Part shown: positions 24,845 through 37,900 of the stretch, piece by piece | Layout: each line of letters opens with the position of its first letter | How positions within the stretch are numbered: position 1 is the stretch's first letter | Assembly: GCF_964213995.1 (NCBI RefSeq) | Contig: NC_135832.1 | Location: forward strand, 7,068,001 to 7,132,000 | Direction of reading: 5' to 3' | Length of the DNA: 64,000 nucleotides | Origin: Mustelus asterias | Lineage: Eukaryota | Position numbers and translations under genes: made by a program | The notes under the pieces: model-generated | What the model was told of the DNA's origin: nothing | Database searches by the model: none | What the model saw: only the letters and a program-made list of their open reading frames with translations

Positions 24845-25347
24845 TAATTTCTACAGTGCTAAAGGGGGCCATTCGGCCCATCGAGTTTGCAACCACCCAC
24901 CGAGGGACCATCCCACCCAGCCTCCGCCCTATCCCCATAACCCGGCGCATTTTCCATGTATTGTCGACATTACCTACACATACTTGAACAGTAATGGGCA
25001 ATGTTGCATGGCCAATCCGCATAACCTGCACATCATTGGACAGAAAAGGGCAATTTACGATGGTCAGTCCATCCAATCTGAATATCTTTGGACACTAAAT
25101 GGCAATTTAGCGTGGTGGATCCACCGAACCACATCATCTTTGGACACTAAGGAACATCTTAGCATGGCATATCCACCTAACCTGCACATCTTTTGTCTGT
25201 GGGAGCAAACCACAGCACCGGGATGAAACTCACGCAGACAGAGGGAGAATGTGCAAACTCCACATAGAAAGGCACCGGAGGCCGGACTCGAACCCAGGTT
25301 CCTGGTGCTGTGAGGCAGCCGTCCTAACCATGGTGCCACCGTGCTGC
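24845..25347 (-). mobile_element. SINE with four internal 52-bp tandem units
   Basis: Units start at 24984, 25036, 25088 and 25140 (TTGGACACTAAnGGGCAATTTAGCATGG...). Confidence 0.8.
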
Positions 25348-26296
25348 CGAACTCATAATCTGGCCAACTGATCAACTGTCGCCTGGAAATGCAGTACAGT
25401 ACAATCAGAGATTCCCCTCTACCCACAGCATATGCCACACCTTCAAGACACTCTCGTGAAGTTGGCTAACATGATTCATCTTTTGTGAATCATGCTGATT
25501 CTTCTTGATTTGCTTGGGGTTTTCTAACCAGACAGCTAGAACCCAGTTAATGATTTATTCTAACACATTTCCCAACGCAAAGGTAAAGCTGACGGACCTA
25601 TAATTTTCATGGTCTTTGCCTGCCTCCCAGTTTGAAAGGGAAGTTTATATTGACTACTTTCCAGTCTAATGGAACCTTTCCAGGACCTCGGGAATTTTGG
25701 AAAAATTACAACAATGCACCTAGTGGCTCGTCAGCTATTGCTTTTCATCTCATAGGATAAAATCCATCCATACTCGGAGACTTCTTCACCTGCAAGTTCC
25801 GTTAGTTTGCCCTGCACTGCTTCAGTCCTCCACCTCCCAATTTACAACTATTACTAGAATGTTTTAATGTCCTTTATAGTGAAGACCGAAGCACAATATT
25901 TGCTCCCTTTATCCATCATTTCCTGTTCATCTACAAGTGAATCCCCATTCTAATTGTCTGGTGGACCAACACAAGTTTGTAATTGTTTCCTGTTCAAAGA
26001 CCTATCCGTCTGATATTCTATTTAACATACCTCACTAACTTATTTTCCCTAACTATATTTTAATCAATCTATTATGCTTTTTTTCATTTGGAAGTCATCT
26101 GAATTTTTCAGTGGAGATCACCTCGACTATTAACTCAGCAGGCAAAGATGATTTAATCTTAGAGGTTGACTGGATGAGATAATGCGTGTCAGCGTATGCA
26201 TGGGCATGTATGTGTATGTGTGTATGAGCGGGGAGAGTGAGTGTGAGTGATTATGCGTGAGACTGAGTGAAAACTCAATATTTGTCAGTGCATGAG

Positions 26297-26604
26297 TGTG
26301 GTGAACCATAGATGGGTACCACTATGGGTACTGAACCATACATGGTTATCACTATGGGTACTTGTACATATGTTACTCTTGTTACTGTTGGGGTTAGGGT
26401 TGGGGTGTTCCACCTGTTGGTATTGTTCTGTGGTACACTCCGGTTGGCTCCGCCTACCTATAGGAGTATAAAGGTCACTGCATTGCCTGGTGACCCTTTA
26501 GTCTGGGATTGTGTTGTTAAGCAGTATGCTCTATTCTTGTTACGAATAAAAGCCTTTATTTCCCGGGTACGATCCAGCCTCCCGAGTGAATTAATCGCGC
26601 ATCA
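26297..26604 (+). mobile_element. Solo LTR (308 bp)
   Basis: TG...CA ends, 5-bp TSD ATGAG (26292-26296 / 26605-26609), TATAAA ~26467 and AATAAA ~26545. Confidence 0.85.
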
Positions 26605-26904
26605 ATGAGTGACTGTGAATAAGAGAATTTGAGAGTGCGAGTGTCCGGACGAGTAAATGTGTGCAACTCTATGTGTACGATTGTGCGTGCATGGAAGGCA
26701 GTGAAAGAGATTGTGTACGTATGTGAGAGTGAGAGAGAGTATATGTCTGTTTGGGTGAGAGTATTCGGTGGTGGACAAACTCATATTTTGCCGTCAAAAA
26801 TTGTAGATAGGGCCTGGCATTCGCTCCTAGAAACAAACCGTTTTCTATGCTGCTGCTTACAGATGGAAAAATGGGAGACTAATATGACGCTCGACGTCTC
26901 ACTA

Positions 26905-27196
26905 TTACATCGAGTCTGCACTGACCACAATCCCACCCAACCCCATATCCCTCCAAATTTTACCCGCTAATCCCTCTAATCTACGCATTCCAGGACACTA
27001 AGGGGCACTTTTAGCATGGCCAATCAACCTAACCCGCACATCTTTGGACTGTGGGAGGAAACCAGAGCACCCGGATGAAACCCACGCAGACACGAGGAGA
27101 ATGTGCAAACTCCACACAGACAGTGACCCGAGCCGGGAATCGAACCCAGGTCCCTGGAGCTGTGAAGCAGCAGTGCTAACCACTGTGCTACCGTCC
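26905..27196 (-). mobile_element. tRNA-derived SINE (HE1-type)
   Basis: Well-preserved A/B boxes (GGTTCGATTCC). Confidence 0.88.
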
Positions 27197-27829
27197 CGTT
27201 CTGTCCATGGGTTGCTTGCATTTTCCATATTTCCAAGGAATTAAGTTTGTGAAATTTAGCTTGCTGCCTCCATATCTTATAAAACCATATATATTTTATT
27301 GCGAAAGACATTTTTATAATGCCCTTAAGGATCTGGTCTCTGCAGCCCGCAGCTGTGGTTAACATCTCTTCAGAGATAACGAGGCAGTGGTTCTGCAATT
27401 CCTCCAAATCACTCTCATTGTACACGGTTCACAATCAGGCAATGTTGTCTGACGATGGTGTAAACCTGACTCACGTTCCCAATTACAGGATGTACAATTC
27501 AACGTTTTGTGAATTATTCTTCACAATGATAGAAAAACTCAATACCAAAGGATAAACATGTGATGTTGCCAAGAACGCTTGGCCGGCACAATTATTATTT
27601 CATGTTCTAACTTTTCTGACTCCTTCGCCTTAAAATCCAGAACATTGTCAGATGCAATTCTCGTCTTTTGTGTTGGTGGTAGAAATCAATGGTCCAATAA
27701 ATGTAGCTCATCTGCTCCAGGTGGGTTTCCTCCATTGCGTGAGCTCATTATTTGATACCTGCATTGGGCTGGAAAACAATTGTGCAGCTCCTTCAAAATC
27801 TTCATCTGTCATGTTCCCAAGACCGGCTA

Positions 27830-28545
27830 TCACAAGGAGTTGGTTTGCAGGTGCAGCAGGTAATTGAGAAGGCAAGTGGAATGTTGTCCTTCATTGCTAG
27901 AGGGATGGAGTTTAAAAACAGCGAGGTTATGTTGCAGCTGTATAAGATGCTGGTGAGGACACACCTGGAGTACTGTGTCCAGTTTTGGTCTCTTTATTGA
28001 GAAAGGATATACTGGCACTGGAGGGGGTGCAGGGGATATTCACTAGGAGATTCACGAGGAGATTCCGGAGTTGAGAGGGTTGGCTTATGAAGAGAGACTG
28101 AGTAGACTAGGGCTATACTCATTGGAATTCAGAAGAATGAGGGGAGATCTTCTTGAAACGTATAAGATTATGAAGGGAATAGATAAAATAGAAGCAGGGA
28201 AATTGTTTCCACTGGCAAGTGGAACTAGAACTAGGGGGCATGGCCTCAAAATAAGGGGAAGCAGATTTAGGACTGAGATAAGGAGGAACTTCTTCACACA
28301 AAGTGTTGTGAATGTGTGGAATTCCCTGCCCAGTGACGCAGCTGAGGCTACCTCATTGAATGTTTTTTTAAGGCAAGGATAGATAGATTTTTGAACAGTA
28401 AAGGAATTAAGGGTTGTGGTGAGCGGGCGGGTAAGTGGAACTGAGTCCATGAAAAGATCACCCATGATCTTATTGAATGGCGGAACAGGCTCATGGGGCC
28501 AGATGGCTTACTCCTGCTCCTAATTCTTTTGTTCTTACCTTCTTA
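27830..28545 (+). mobile_element. CR1 LINE 3' fragment
   Basis: HLEYCVQFWS, YEERLSRLGLYSLEFRR and 3' UTR. Confidence 0.9.
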
Positions 28546-28994
28546 TTATTTGGACTGAGCAACAGCGAATGGTCCTTGAGCCTCTCCTCCCTGATTTATC
28601 GGGTGACTGAATAAATGATAAATATAGTTGACTTGCACCGGGGGCCAATGCCACCCCTCAAAGTGCCGGAATGGAGTGGTGCTGAGTTGCAGATTTCCAT
28701 TGGTGATTCTGCAAATCTGAGACCCTTGGTGTTAACTTGAGAATCCTCTCTACTTTTCACCTCATGCACTCATGACATGCTCTTCAGTGTGGGACGGCAA
28801 ATCATTTTCTGATTAGGTCTGCTCTGCCTCTCAGAACACTGAAATGAGGAACTTTAGGTTAAAGTGGCCGCTCTCCTTTCGGAGGACCGCCATTATTACT
28901 AATTGACAATGGCATAACAGAGTCATTTAGACTGTTTGAGATGTGGCTGTCACTGGGATTGAGGGATAACCTTTTCCTCAAATCATAATTTTTT

Positions 28995-29265
28995 TACAGT
29001 GCAGACAGAGGTCATTCAGTCCGTCGAGCCTGCACTGGCAACAAACCCACCCAGGCCCTATCCCCATAACCACACACATAGACCCTGCCAGTCTCCCTGT
29101 CACGAAGGGGCATGGCCAATCAACACAACCTGCACATCTTTGGAATGTGCGAAGAGACGAACGCAGACACGGGGATCATGTTCAACCTCCACACAGATGG
29201 TTCAACAAGGCCAGATTTGAACGCGGGTCCCCGGCGCTGCGAGGCTTCAGTGCTAACCACCATGC
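28995..29265 (-). mobile_element. Degenerate SINE
   Basis: Decayed match to the HE1-type copies. Confidence 0.7.
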
Positions 29266-29421
29266 TGTCTCTAGCCTTTGGTACAGGGCTGAAGGGTTGT
29301 TCTGCACCCTTCTATCTACTCGCCATTATGCCTCAGTTTTCAAGGCAAAAGCAGCCTCCTGCTGTGTTCAAGATTTTCCATGCTCAACCTAGCCGGGGAG
29401 GGGGGGGTGGGGGTGGGGGAG

Positions 29422-29755
29422 TGGCGGTATAGTGGCACATTGGTTAGCACTGCTGCCTCACATCGCCAGGACCTGGGTTTAATTCTGTCCTTGGGTGACT
29501 ATCTGTGTGGAGTTTATACGTTCTCCCCGTGTCTGCGTGGGTTCCCTCTGGGTGTTCCAGTTTCCTCCAACACTCCAAAAGATGTGCGGGTTAAGTGGAT
29601 TGGCCATGATAAATTACCCCTCGGTGTCAGGGTAATTAGCAGGGCAAATACGTGGGGTTACGGGGAGAGGGCCTGGGTGAAATTATTTTCGGTGCAGTCT
29701 CGATGGGCTGAATGACCTCTTTCTGCACTTTGATAATTCTACGTTGATTCTATGT
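29422..29755 (+). mobile_element. tRNA-derived SINE (HE1-type)
   Basis: Head TGGTTAGCACTGCTGCCTCAC and ATTCTA tail. Confidence 0.82.
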
Positions 29756-30057
29756 ACGCTTCAGTTATTCCACATTCGCTGAACCCTTCTCTTTATTTAA
29801 TTGCCCCATTGAAGATGCACCAATATCAATTTTGTTGCTGAATCACATCCGGTCGTTATCCAATCACACACCTTTCATTTGCATCCCCAACGCCCCTCTA
29901 CCCCCCCCCCCCCACTATCCCCCCACCCTCCCACCTCACCCTTATACCGCACATTTCAGTTACTCTATTATTGCTTTCAAATTCATCATGAAACATTACC
30001 CTGATCTGAGAAAACCTATTTCAGACTGAAAAGTTGAAACACAATGTCTGGTTTACA

Positions 30058-30927
30058 GTGAACCTCGTGGCGTTTGTGATCCTGTCAAGGGGAAACTGCG
30101 GCCTCTCCACCTGCACCACTCGGTGGATCTAGTGGTCATTATCACTGAGGTTCTATTATATCACTATTTACTTTTGTGGCGTTTCCTCTGTGTATTGTTA
30201 TTGTTCTGCTGCGTCGTGCAGCCAGGGACTGCTCAGTCTGGTTCACAGTTACTTTCTCCTTTGGTCGGTGTGTGGCCATTTGCTGCCAGCATCTAAAAAC
30301 AAAAGGTTGTTCCGATGAAACTGCGGCTGTGGTTCTAGCAACAACATGCAGCCTGCTCTGTTACCAAAACATCCCTTTCTATTTCCATTATGAACCTTGG
30401 AAGATAATCAAAAATGCTCCATGGTACTGCAAGGCAAAGAAAATTAATCCCACCCTGCTTGGGTGGGATTAGACTGGCTGGATACTGTTTTAGTACCATT
30501 GTTCCCATTCGTCTAAATGATATTCGTCTCAACTCCTTGATGGTCAGACATATTTTAGTGGCCCGTCAAGTTCGGAAACGTCTGAAGGATCAGAGCAAGA
30601 GAGAGAATCGCAGTGACCCAGAGATGGAGAGCAAAAGGAAGTCCGTGGTTTTGCTCTTCGCCATATTGGGTAGCTTCATATTTATGTGCTTATCGTATGT
30701 TATTAACTTCCTGTAATATACTACTGCAGGAACAAAACCCGCCGACTACAAGGGATTTTTCTATAATTTTTTAAAATGTTGGATTTATGCTAGAGGTTTT
30801 AAATTGCTGCACAAACACATTTATTTATGGGGTCACTCAATCCAAGTTCAGAGAGCAGATCATGCACTCTGTGAAATATCTGGTTCCATCAATTATTGAA
30901 TTAATTAATAAACAGAAAAAAAACTGA
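30058..30927 (+). pseudogene. GPR139/GPR142-like class A GPCR pseudogene (main exon)
   Basis: tttacag acceptor. VNLVAFVILSRGNCGLSTCTT, DCSVWFTVTFSFGRCVAICC (TM3/DRY region), DPEMESKRKSVVLLFAI (TM6) and NTFIYGVTQSKFR (TM7), with several frameshifts and stops. Confidence 0.85.
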
Positions 30928-30941
30928 GAGCAGTCCAAAGG

Positions 30942-31063
30942 CTTTTGTGGCGTTTCCTCTGTGTAGTGTTATTGTTCTGCTGCGTCGTGCAGCTAGGGAC
31001 TGCTCAGTCTGGTTCACAGTTACTTTCTCCTTTGGTCGGTTTGTGGCCATTTGCTGCCAGCAT
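30942..31063 (+). repeat. 122-bp near-identical duplicate of 30171-30292
   Basis: Direct sequence comparison shows about 3 mismatches. Confidence 0.9.
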
Positions 31064-32994
31064 GTTTACAGTCAAAAATGATTTTATTTTATGAACCAAC
31101 TTGCATTCACTTTATCACTCGTGATCTAAAACGACCTCCAGAGGTGCGGACAGGGAGGCAACAGTGCCTTCGGTACATCTGACGGTTTTTGTTTTGAGTA
31201 CAGACCTAGCAAAGATTCAAGTGGATGAATCAACAGCTGGCCGTTGGAGGACTGCAAGAAGGGAAATAGGAGAAGTAAATGTGCTCCAAATCTCTACAGT
31301 CCAGCCTGAGGTAACAGACGATATATCTTATGGGGTATAAGGGAAGAGCGTTGATATACAGTGCCTGCTGATAAAAGGGCGAATGTACCACCCGAGATAT
31401 CTGCTGCAAGGTTCAATCGCTGACAATGTTGTTCAATAGGTATACCTGAGCAATCAGTTCCTACATGCAGGCATGGGACTTACTGAACTTGCCTGAGGCT
31501 CACAAAGAGGCACGCCTGCAGTAGTTGTAAGACGTCAGCTCTCTCTCTCTTTCTCTCTCGCACAATATCTCCGAAACTCAGTCTCATTTCACATACTCGA
31601 TCTCTCACGCACACACTTTCTCACACACACTCACCTTCTCACACACTCACTCAGAATGAGAGTGGATAAACATTAATGCACGCTATAATCCCTGCGCCAG
31701 ACATTGTCAATGTTCAATCTTACGCAATGAATCTTGCGAAAAGCCTTGTTAATGTTTCCAACATAAATGTCTCAATTTCACGACAGCTTGTTGGAACGGG
31801 GAAAACACAATCATTTTAGGGCACAGAATTTTGTTTTACATATTTATGCCCATTGTGTCCGTGCTCTACCAGAAAAGGAGTTATAAACAAAATGCTCCCA
31901 TTTTGCAACAATTGGTCTGCAACTCGACAGGTTTCGATGAGACAGAGAGAGTAGCTCAGTTGGTATCCAAATGCCTGACTTCCACTGTCGCCCGTCTTTA
32001 CCGTGACAGTTGTAAACGTCAACAAGTGTTCCCACATACTTCCAGATAAATTTTCAGTGTTTACTCTCGTGAAACAGGGTAACCATTCATTCGTACACAA
32101 CAAGCACAAAAAGGGAAATGATGCTTCAATAATTTCTGGAAATGTTAACATCCAGAATGCACAGGATGGTTGAAGTGATTCTGTTCCAAAGGTGAAATGG
32201 GTTTCTGATTTAAAATCTCAATCTGACAGCGGTAGTGACATTCACGCAAAAGCATAAATCATCCAAAGCATAATGTCACTCAGGCGCGCGCACACACACA
32301 CACAGACACACACTCACATAAATACATGATTATACAAATAACAGAACGCCACACACATAGAGATATATAGTTATCCCACACAAACCCCTACACTCACAGA
32401 AGCACGAAGTGACACACAAATTCTGATGTGCACACGGATGAAGATGTTCAGATGCAGAAACAGGGAAACACAGACATTCTCACAAACACGCACACAAGCT
32501 CAAACACATGCACACTCATCCACGCACTGACAGGCAGAGAGACGTGCAGATAGAGAAACACAGAATCCCTCCCAAACACACATACATAAGCACCTATACA
32601 AACACTGACACATACAGCCACAAACTCGCTGACACACAGGAAGGTACACACGAAGGACAGATGTCCTCAAACAAACATTCCCACACACAAAGACGGACAA
32701 TATTGTGAATTAATATTGATCTCACTCTCGGCACCCTGGGGACAGCCGAAGTGTAACACAAACAACGTTAGCATTCTGAGTGAATTTTGTATTTAAATGA
32801 TGAAATACTCACAGCCAAGGGTGTAAATGTAATTCATGATGTTACGGCACAGAGGTTAATCCCCTTTACCTCGCGTCATAATTAAGGTACAGTTCGACTG
32901 GAATGCTGTTCGAATATTGCAAGGAACATTCATTACCAAAATAGTAATAACGGATTTTTGTCATTCTCAAATCAATTATATAACCAGGTCTGAT

Positions 32995-33552
32995 AGAACA
33001 TAGAACATAGAACAGTACATCACAGAACAGGCCCTTCGGCCCACGATGTTGTGCCGAGCTTTATCTGAAACCAAGATCAAGCTACCCCACTCCCTGTCAT
33101 CCTGGTGTGCTCTATGTGCCTATCCAATAACCGCTTAAATGTTCATAAAGTGTCTGACTCCACTATTACTGCAGGCAGTCCATTCCACACCGCAACCAAG
33201 TAAAGAACCTACCTCTGATATCCTTCGTATATCTCCCACCACGAACCCTATCGTTATGCCCCCTTGTAATAGCTCCATCCACCCGAGGAAATAGTCTTTG
33301 AACGTTCACTCTCTCTATCCCCTTCATCATTTTATAAACCTCTATTAAGTCTCCCCTCAGCCTCCTCCGCTCCAGAGAGAACAGCCCTAGCTCCCTCAAC
33401 CTTTCCCCATAAGACCTACCCTCCAAACCAGGCAGCATCCTGGTAAATCTCCTCTGCACTCTTTCCAGCGCTTCCACATCCTTCTTATAGTGAGGTGACC
33501 AGAACTGCACACAATATTCCAAATGTGGTCTCACCAAGGCCCTGTACAGTTG
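32995..33552 (-). mobile_element. CR1 3' fragment inserted in the Gypsy LTR
   Basis: (GTTCTAT)n tail; CTGATAG duplicated on both sides. Confidence 0.9.
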
Positions 33553-34322
33553 GTCCTGATAGCATGCGGAAGTTTTGGAATTCTTTGGTAGTTGTCCGCA
33601 TTCTATTAGAGCTGTCTGATTTGGGACCTTTTGCTGGGGAGCGAGTGATTTATCTTAAGACTGGCAGAGTTAGGGACTGACTGCTCCAGTTGATCTAACT
33701 GCCCTTAAATGTATTTACCTGCTTCAGGTGATCGAGCTCTGCTTATGGTTGAACTCCTGGCTCAACACTGGTGGAACTGAACTCAAGGCAGTTAATTAAT
33801 AATCATTTTTATAATCATTTTGACCTATCAATATTCCTGTATACTCAGATTTGCCTGATGTTCACAACAACAGCAAATTCAAACCTCACAGGTTAGCTTT
33901 CGCTGAGCGTTTTCTTTAAACTGACAGGCTGTTAGCTGATTGCCATAATTAAATTCATCGGCAAACAAAATGCAAAAACCTACAGAGCCGGTTAACAAGG
34001 CAACCGTTATGCTTGGTGCTCGCATCAAATGCTGCAACTTAGAGTCTGTGTGTACTCTGCATTTTAAACATCTCAGCATTGAATAATTTCAGCTTCTAAA
34101 GGCATTGACCCACCAGCTTTTAAAGGGAACACGCACTGCTTTCCCCGACAGTGTTTGACATTATTTACAGACACTCTGTACGTCTATTAAACTCAACTTG
34201 ACAACACCTCCCCCCTTACGGATAAAAATGTGCCATCAACATGAGACAATGGCTTCACTGTTTTTCTTCCGTGGTCTGAGACATTTTGAAATACTTTTCA
34301 AGTCTGTCCAAGAGATCTAGTT

Positions 34323-34916
34323 TTAGTTCTTTCAGACTCTTCCTCCTTAAACAACGTCTTAATAATCTCTTCCTTTTTGGCGTGCCAACGTTCTTCATGG
34401 CGCCTATGAACCTCCTTCCTCCTGTGAGTTTCAGCCTGGTCAGCCAGTCGCTTCTTGCGAGCCTTGTCTACATTTTAGTTTGTGAATGTGCTCCACCAAG
34501 ATACGTTTATTCTTGAAGACAGTACCCTTGCCCTTCAGATACATGTTGTGATACATGTGGCGATCGATCTACTTGGGCCCAACGTATCTGCGAAGTAGAC
34601 GCCTCAGAGTTTTCATTCTCCTCATCAAGGCCACTTTCTTCTGCATGCGAGCATTAGCTCTATCCTTTCGCTTATTGAAGCCCATGTTCCATTCCTTCCT
34701 GTGCGTAAGGGGGTTCTTCCTGCATCAAACATGCGAGGGTACAGTCACAGGCTTGCGGATAATTTAACCATCTTTCATTAATTTTCTGATTTGTTGACGG
34801 GAATTGGCATTGGCCATCTGATCCAGCCATACCTTCGTCTTGCCACAGCGCAAAACGTTGGAGGCCAGCCTCTTCTGAAGCCCGAGCCTAATCATTGCCG
34901 CTTTTCGACGGAAAGG
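34323..34916 (-). pseudogene. RPL19: Intronless 60S ribosomal protein L19 retrocopy inside the Gypsy element
   Basis: [100 protein letters not shown] 5'TOP-like start; stops and frameshifts present. Confidence 0.92.
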
Positions 34917-34982
34917 CAATTTTCAGTACCCACGAACTAAGTCCAACTTCATGATGTAAGTATCCTGTCCTCCTTTTTCCCA

Positions 34983-37900
34983 GTAAGAGGTTTAACAACA
35001 CCAGGTTAAAGTCCAACAGGTTTATTTGGTAGCAAAAGCCACACAAGCTTTCGGAGCTGCAAGCCCCTTCTTCAGGTGAGTGGGAATTCTGTTCACAAAC
35101 AGAGCTTATAAAGACATAAACTCAATGTACATGAATAATGGTTGGAATGCGAATACTTACAACTAATCAAGTCTTTAAGAAACAAAACAACATGAGTGGA
35201 GAGAGCATCAAGACAGGCTAAAAAGATGTGTATTGTCTCCAGACAAGACAGCCAGTGAAACTCTGTGGGGGTTACAAATAGTGTGACATGAACCCAATAT
35301 CCCGGTTGAGGCCGTCCTCGTGTGTGCGGAACTTGGCTATCAGTTTCTGCTCAGCGACTCTGCGCCATCGTGTGTCGCAAAGGCCACCTTGGAGAACGCT
35401 TACCCGAATATCAGAGGCCGAATGCCCGTGACCGCTGAAGTGCTCCCCAACAGGAGGAGAACAGTCTTGCCTGGTGATTGTCGAGCGGTGTTCATTCATC
35501 CGTTGTCGCAGCGTCTGCATAGTTTCCCCAATGTAGCATGCCTCGGGACATCCTTTCTTGCAGCGTATCAGGTAGACAACGTTGGCCGAGTTGCAACAGT
35601 ATGTACCGTGTACCTGGTGGATGGTGTTCTCACGTGAGATGATGGCATCTGTGTCGATGATCCGGCACGTCTTGCAGAGGTTGCTGTGGCAGGGTTGTGT
35701 GGTGTCTTGGTCACTGTTCTCCTGAAGGCTGGGTAGTTTGCTGCGGACAATGGTCTGTTTGAGGTTGTGCGGTTGTTTGAAGGCAAGTAGTGGGGGTGTG
35801 GGGATGGCCTTGGCGAGATGTTCGTCTTCATCAATGACATGTTGAAGGCTCCGGAGGAGATGCCGTAGCTTCTCCGCTCCGGGGAAGTACTGGACAACAA
35901 AGGGCACTCTGTCCACTGTGTCCCGTGTTTGTCTTCTGAGGAGGTCGGTGCGGTTTTTCGCTGTGGCGTGTTGTAACTGTTGATCAATGCGTCGAGCGCC
36001 ATATCCTGTTCTTATGAGGGCATCTTTCAGCGTCGGAAGGTGTCTGTTGCGATCCTTCTCATCTGAGGAGATCCTGTGTATACGGAGGGCTTGTCCGTAG
36101 GGGATGGCTTCTTTACCGTGTTTCGGGTGGAAGCTGGAGAAGTGGAGCATCGTGAGGTTATCCGTCGGCTTGCGGTACAGTGAGGTGCTGACCTGACCGT
36201 CCTTAATGGAGATGCGTGTGTCCAGGAATGCAACCGATTCCGGAGAGTTGTCTATGGTGAGTCTGATGGTGGGATGGAACTTGTTGATGTCATCAGAGAG
36301 TTGTTTCAGTGATTGTTCACCATGAGTCCAAAGGAAGAAAATGTCATCGATGTATCTAGTGGATACCATCGGTTGAAGGTCCCGTGCTGTGAAGAAGTCT
36401 TATTCGAACCTGTGCATGAAGATGTTGGCATATTGAGGTGCGTATTTGGTCCCCATGGCTGTTCCGCGTGTCTGGATGAGGAACTGGTTGTTGAAGGTGA
36501 AGATATTGTGGTCCAGGATGAAGCGGATGAGATGTAAAATTGCATCTGGAAACTGGCAGTTGTTGGCGCTGAGCACTGAGGCCGTTGCAGCAATGCCATC
36601 GTCATGGGGGATGCTGGTGTAGAGTGCCGAGACATCCATTGTGACGAGGAGTGCTCCTGGTTCAACCGCTCCATGTGTGCTGAGTTTCTGTAGGAAGTCC
36701 GTCGTGTCGCGACAAAAGCTGGGGGTTCTTTGTACAATGGGTTGCAGGATGCCCTCGACATAGCCGGTGAGGTTCTCGCACAGGGTCCCATTGCCCGATA
36801 CGATGGGACGGCCGGGTGTGTTTGCCTTGTGTATCTTCGGGAGGCAGTAGAGATCTCCAACGCGGGGAGTACGTGGGATGAGAGCACGGAGGGTGTTCTG
36901 AAGGTCCGGATCAAAGGTCTTGATCGGAGTGCTGAGTTGACGGGTGTGTTCTTTGGTCGGATCTGCAGGTAACTGTCTGTAGTGTTCCTCATTGTTTAGT
37001 TGTCAGTAAACTTCTTTGCAGTAATCCGTTCTGTTCAGTATGACGATGGCCCCTCCTTTGTCTGCTGGTTTGATGACAATGTTGCAGTTGGTCTTGAGAG
37101 CGTGGATGGCGTTGCGTTGTGCTTTGGTGATGTTCGGGGCTGTCTTGTGAGTGCGGCTGATGAATTTGGTGTTGACGCACCTCCTGACAGCTTGGGCATA
37201 CATGGAGCGGAGAAGCTCCGGCATCTCCTCCGGAGCCTTCAACATGTCATTGATGAAGACGAACATCTCGCCAAGGCCATCCCCACACCCCCACTTCTTG
37301 CCTTCAAACAACCGCACAACCTCAAACAGACCATTGTCCGCAGCAAACTACCCAGCCTTCAGGAGAACAGTGACCATGACACCACACAACCCTGCCACAG
37401 CCACCTCTGCAAGACGTGCCAGATCATCGACACAGATGCCATCATCTCACGTTTGAACACCATCCACCAGGTACACGGTACATACTCTTGCAACTCGGCC
37501 AACGTTGTCTACCTGATACGCTGCAAGAAAGGATGTCCCGAGGCATGGTACATTGGGGAAACTATGCAGACGCTGCGACAACGGATGAATGAACACCGCT
37601 CGACAATCACCAGGCAAGACTGTTCTCTTCCTGTTGGGGAGCACTTCAGCGGTCACGGGCATTCGGCCTCTGATATTCGGGTAAGCGTTCTCCAAGGCGG
37701 CCTTCGCGACACACGACGGTGCAGAGTCGCTGAGCAGAAACTGATAGCCAAGTTCCGCACACACGAAGACGGCCTCAACCGGGATATTGGGTTCATGTCA
37801 CACTATTTGTAACCCCCACAGAGTTTCACTGGCTGTCTTGTCTGGAGACAATACACATCTTTTTAGCCTGTCTTGATGCTCTCTCCACTCATGTTGTTTT

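Noticed and set aside
31140-31390. Possible plus-strand V relic (LQISTVQPEVT... followed by TACAGTG)
   Set aside because: No conserved Cys/Trp or YxC, the heptamer lacks CAC, and there is no credible nonamer.
31820-32200. Possible plus-strand V relic (VCNSTGF..SWY..PDKFSV)
   Set aside because: Motifs are in different frames with no YxC and no RSS; too decayed to support.
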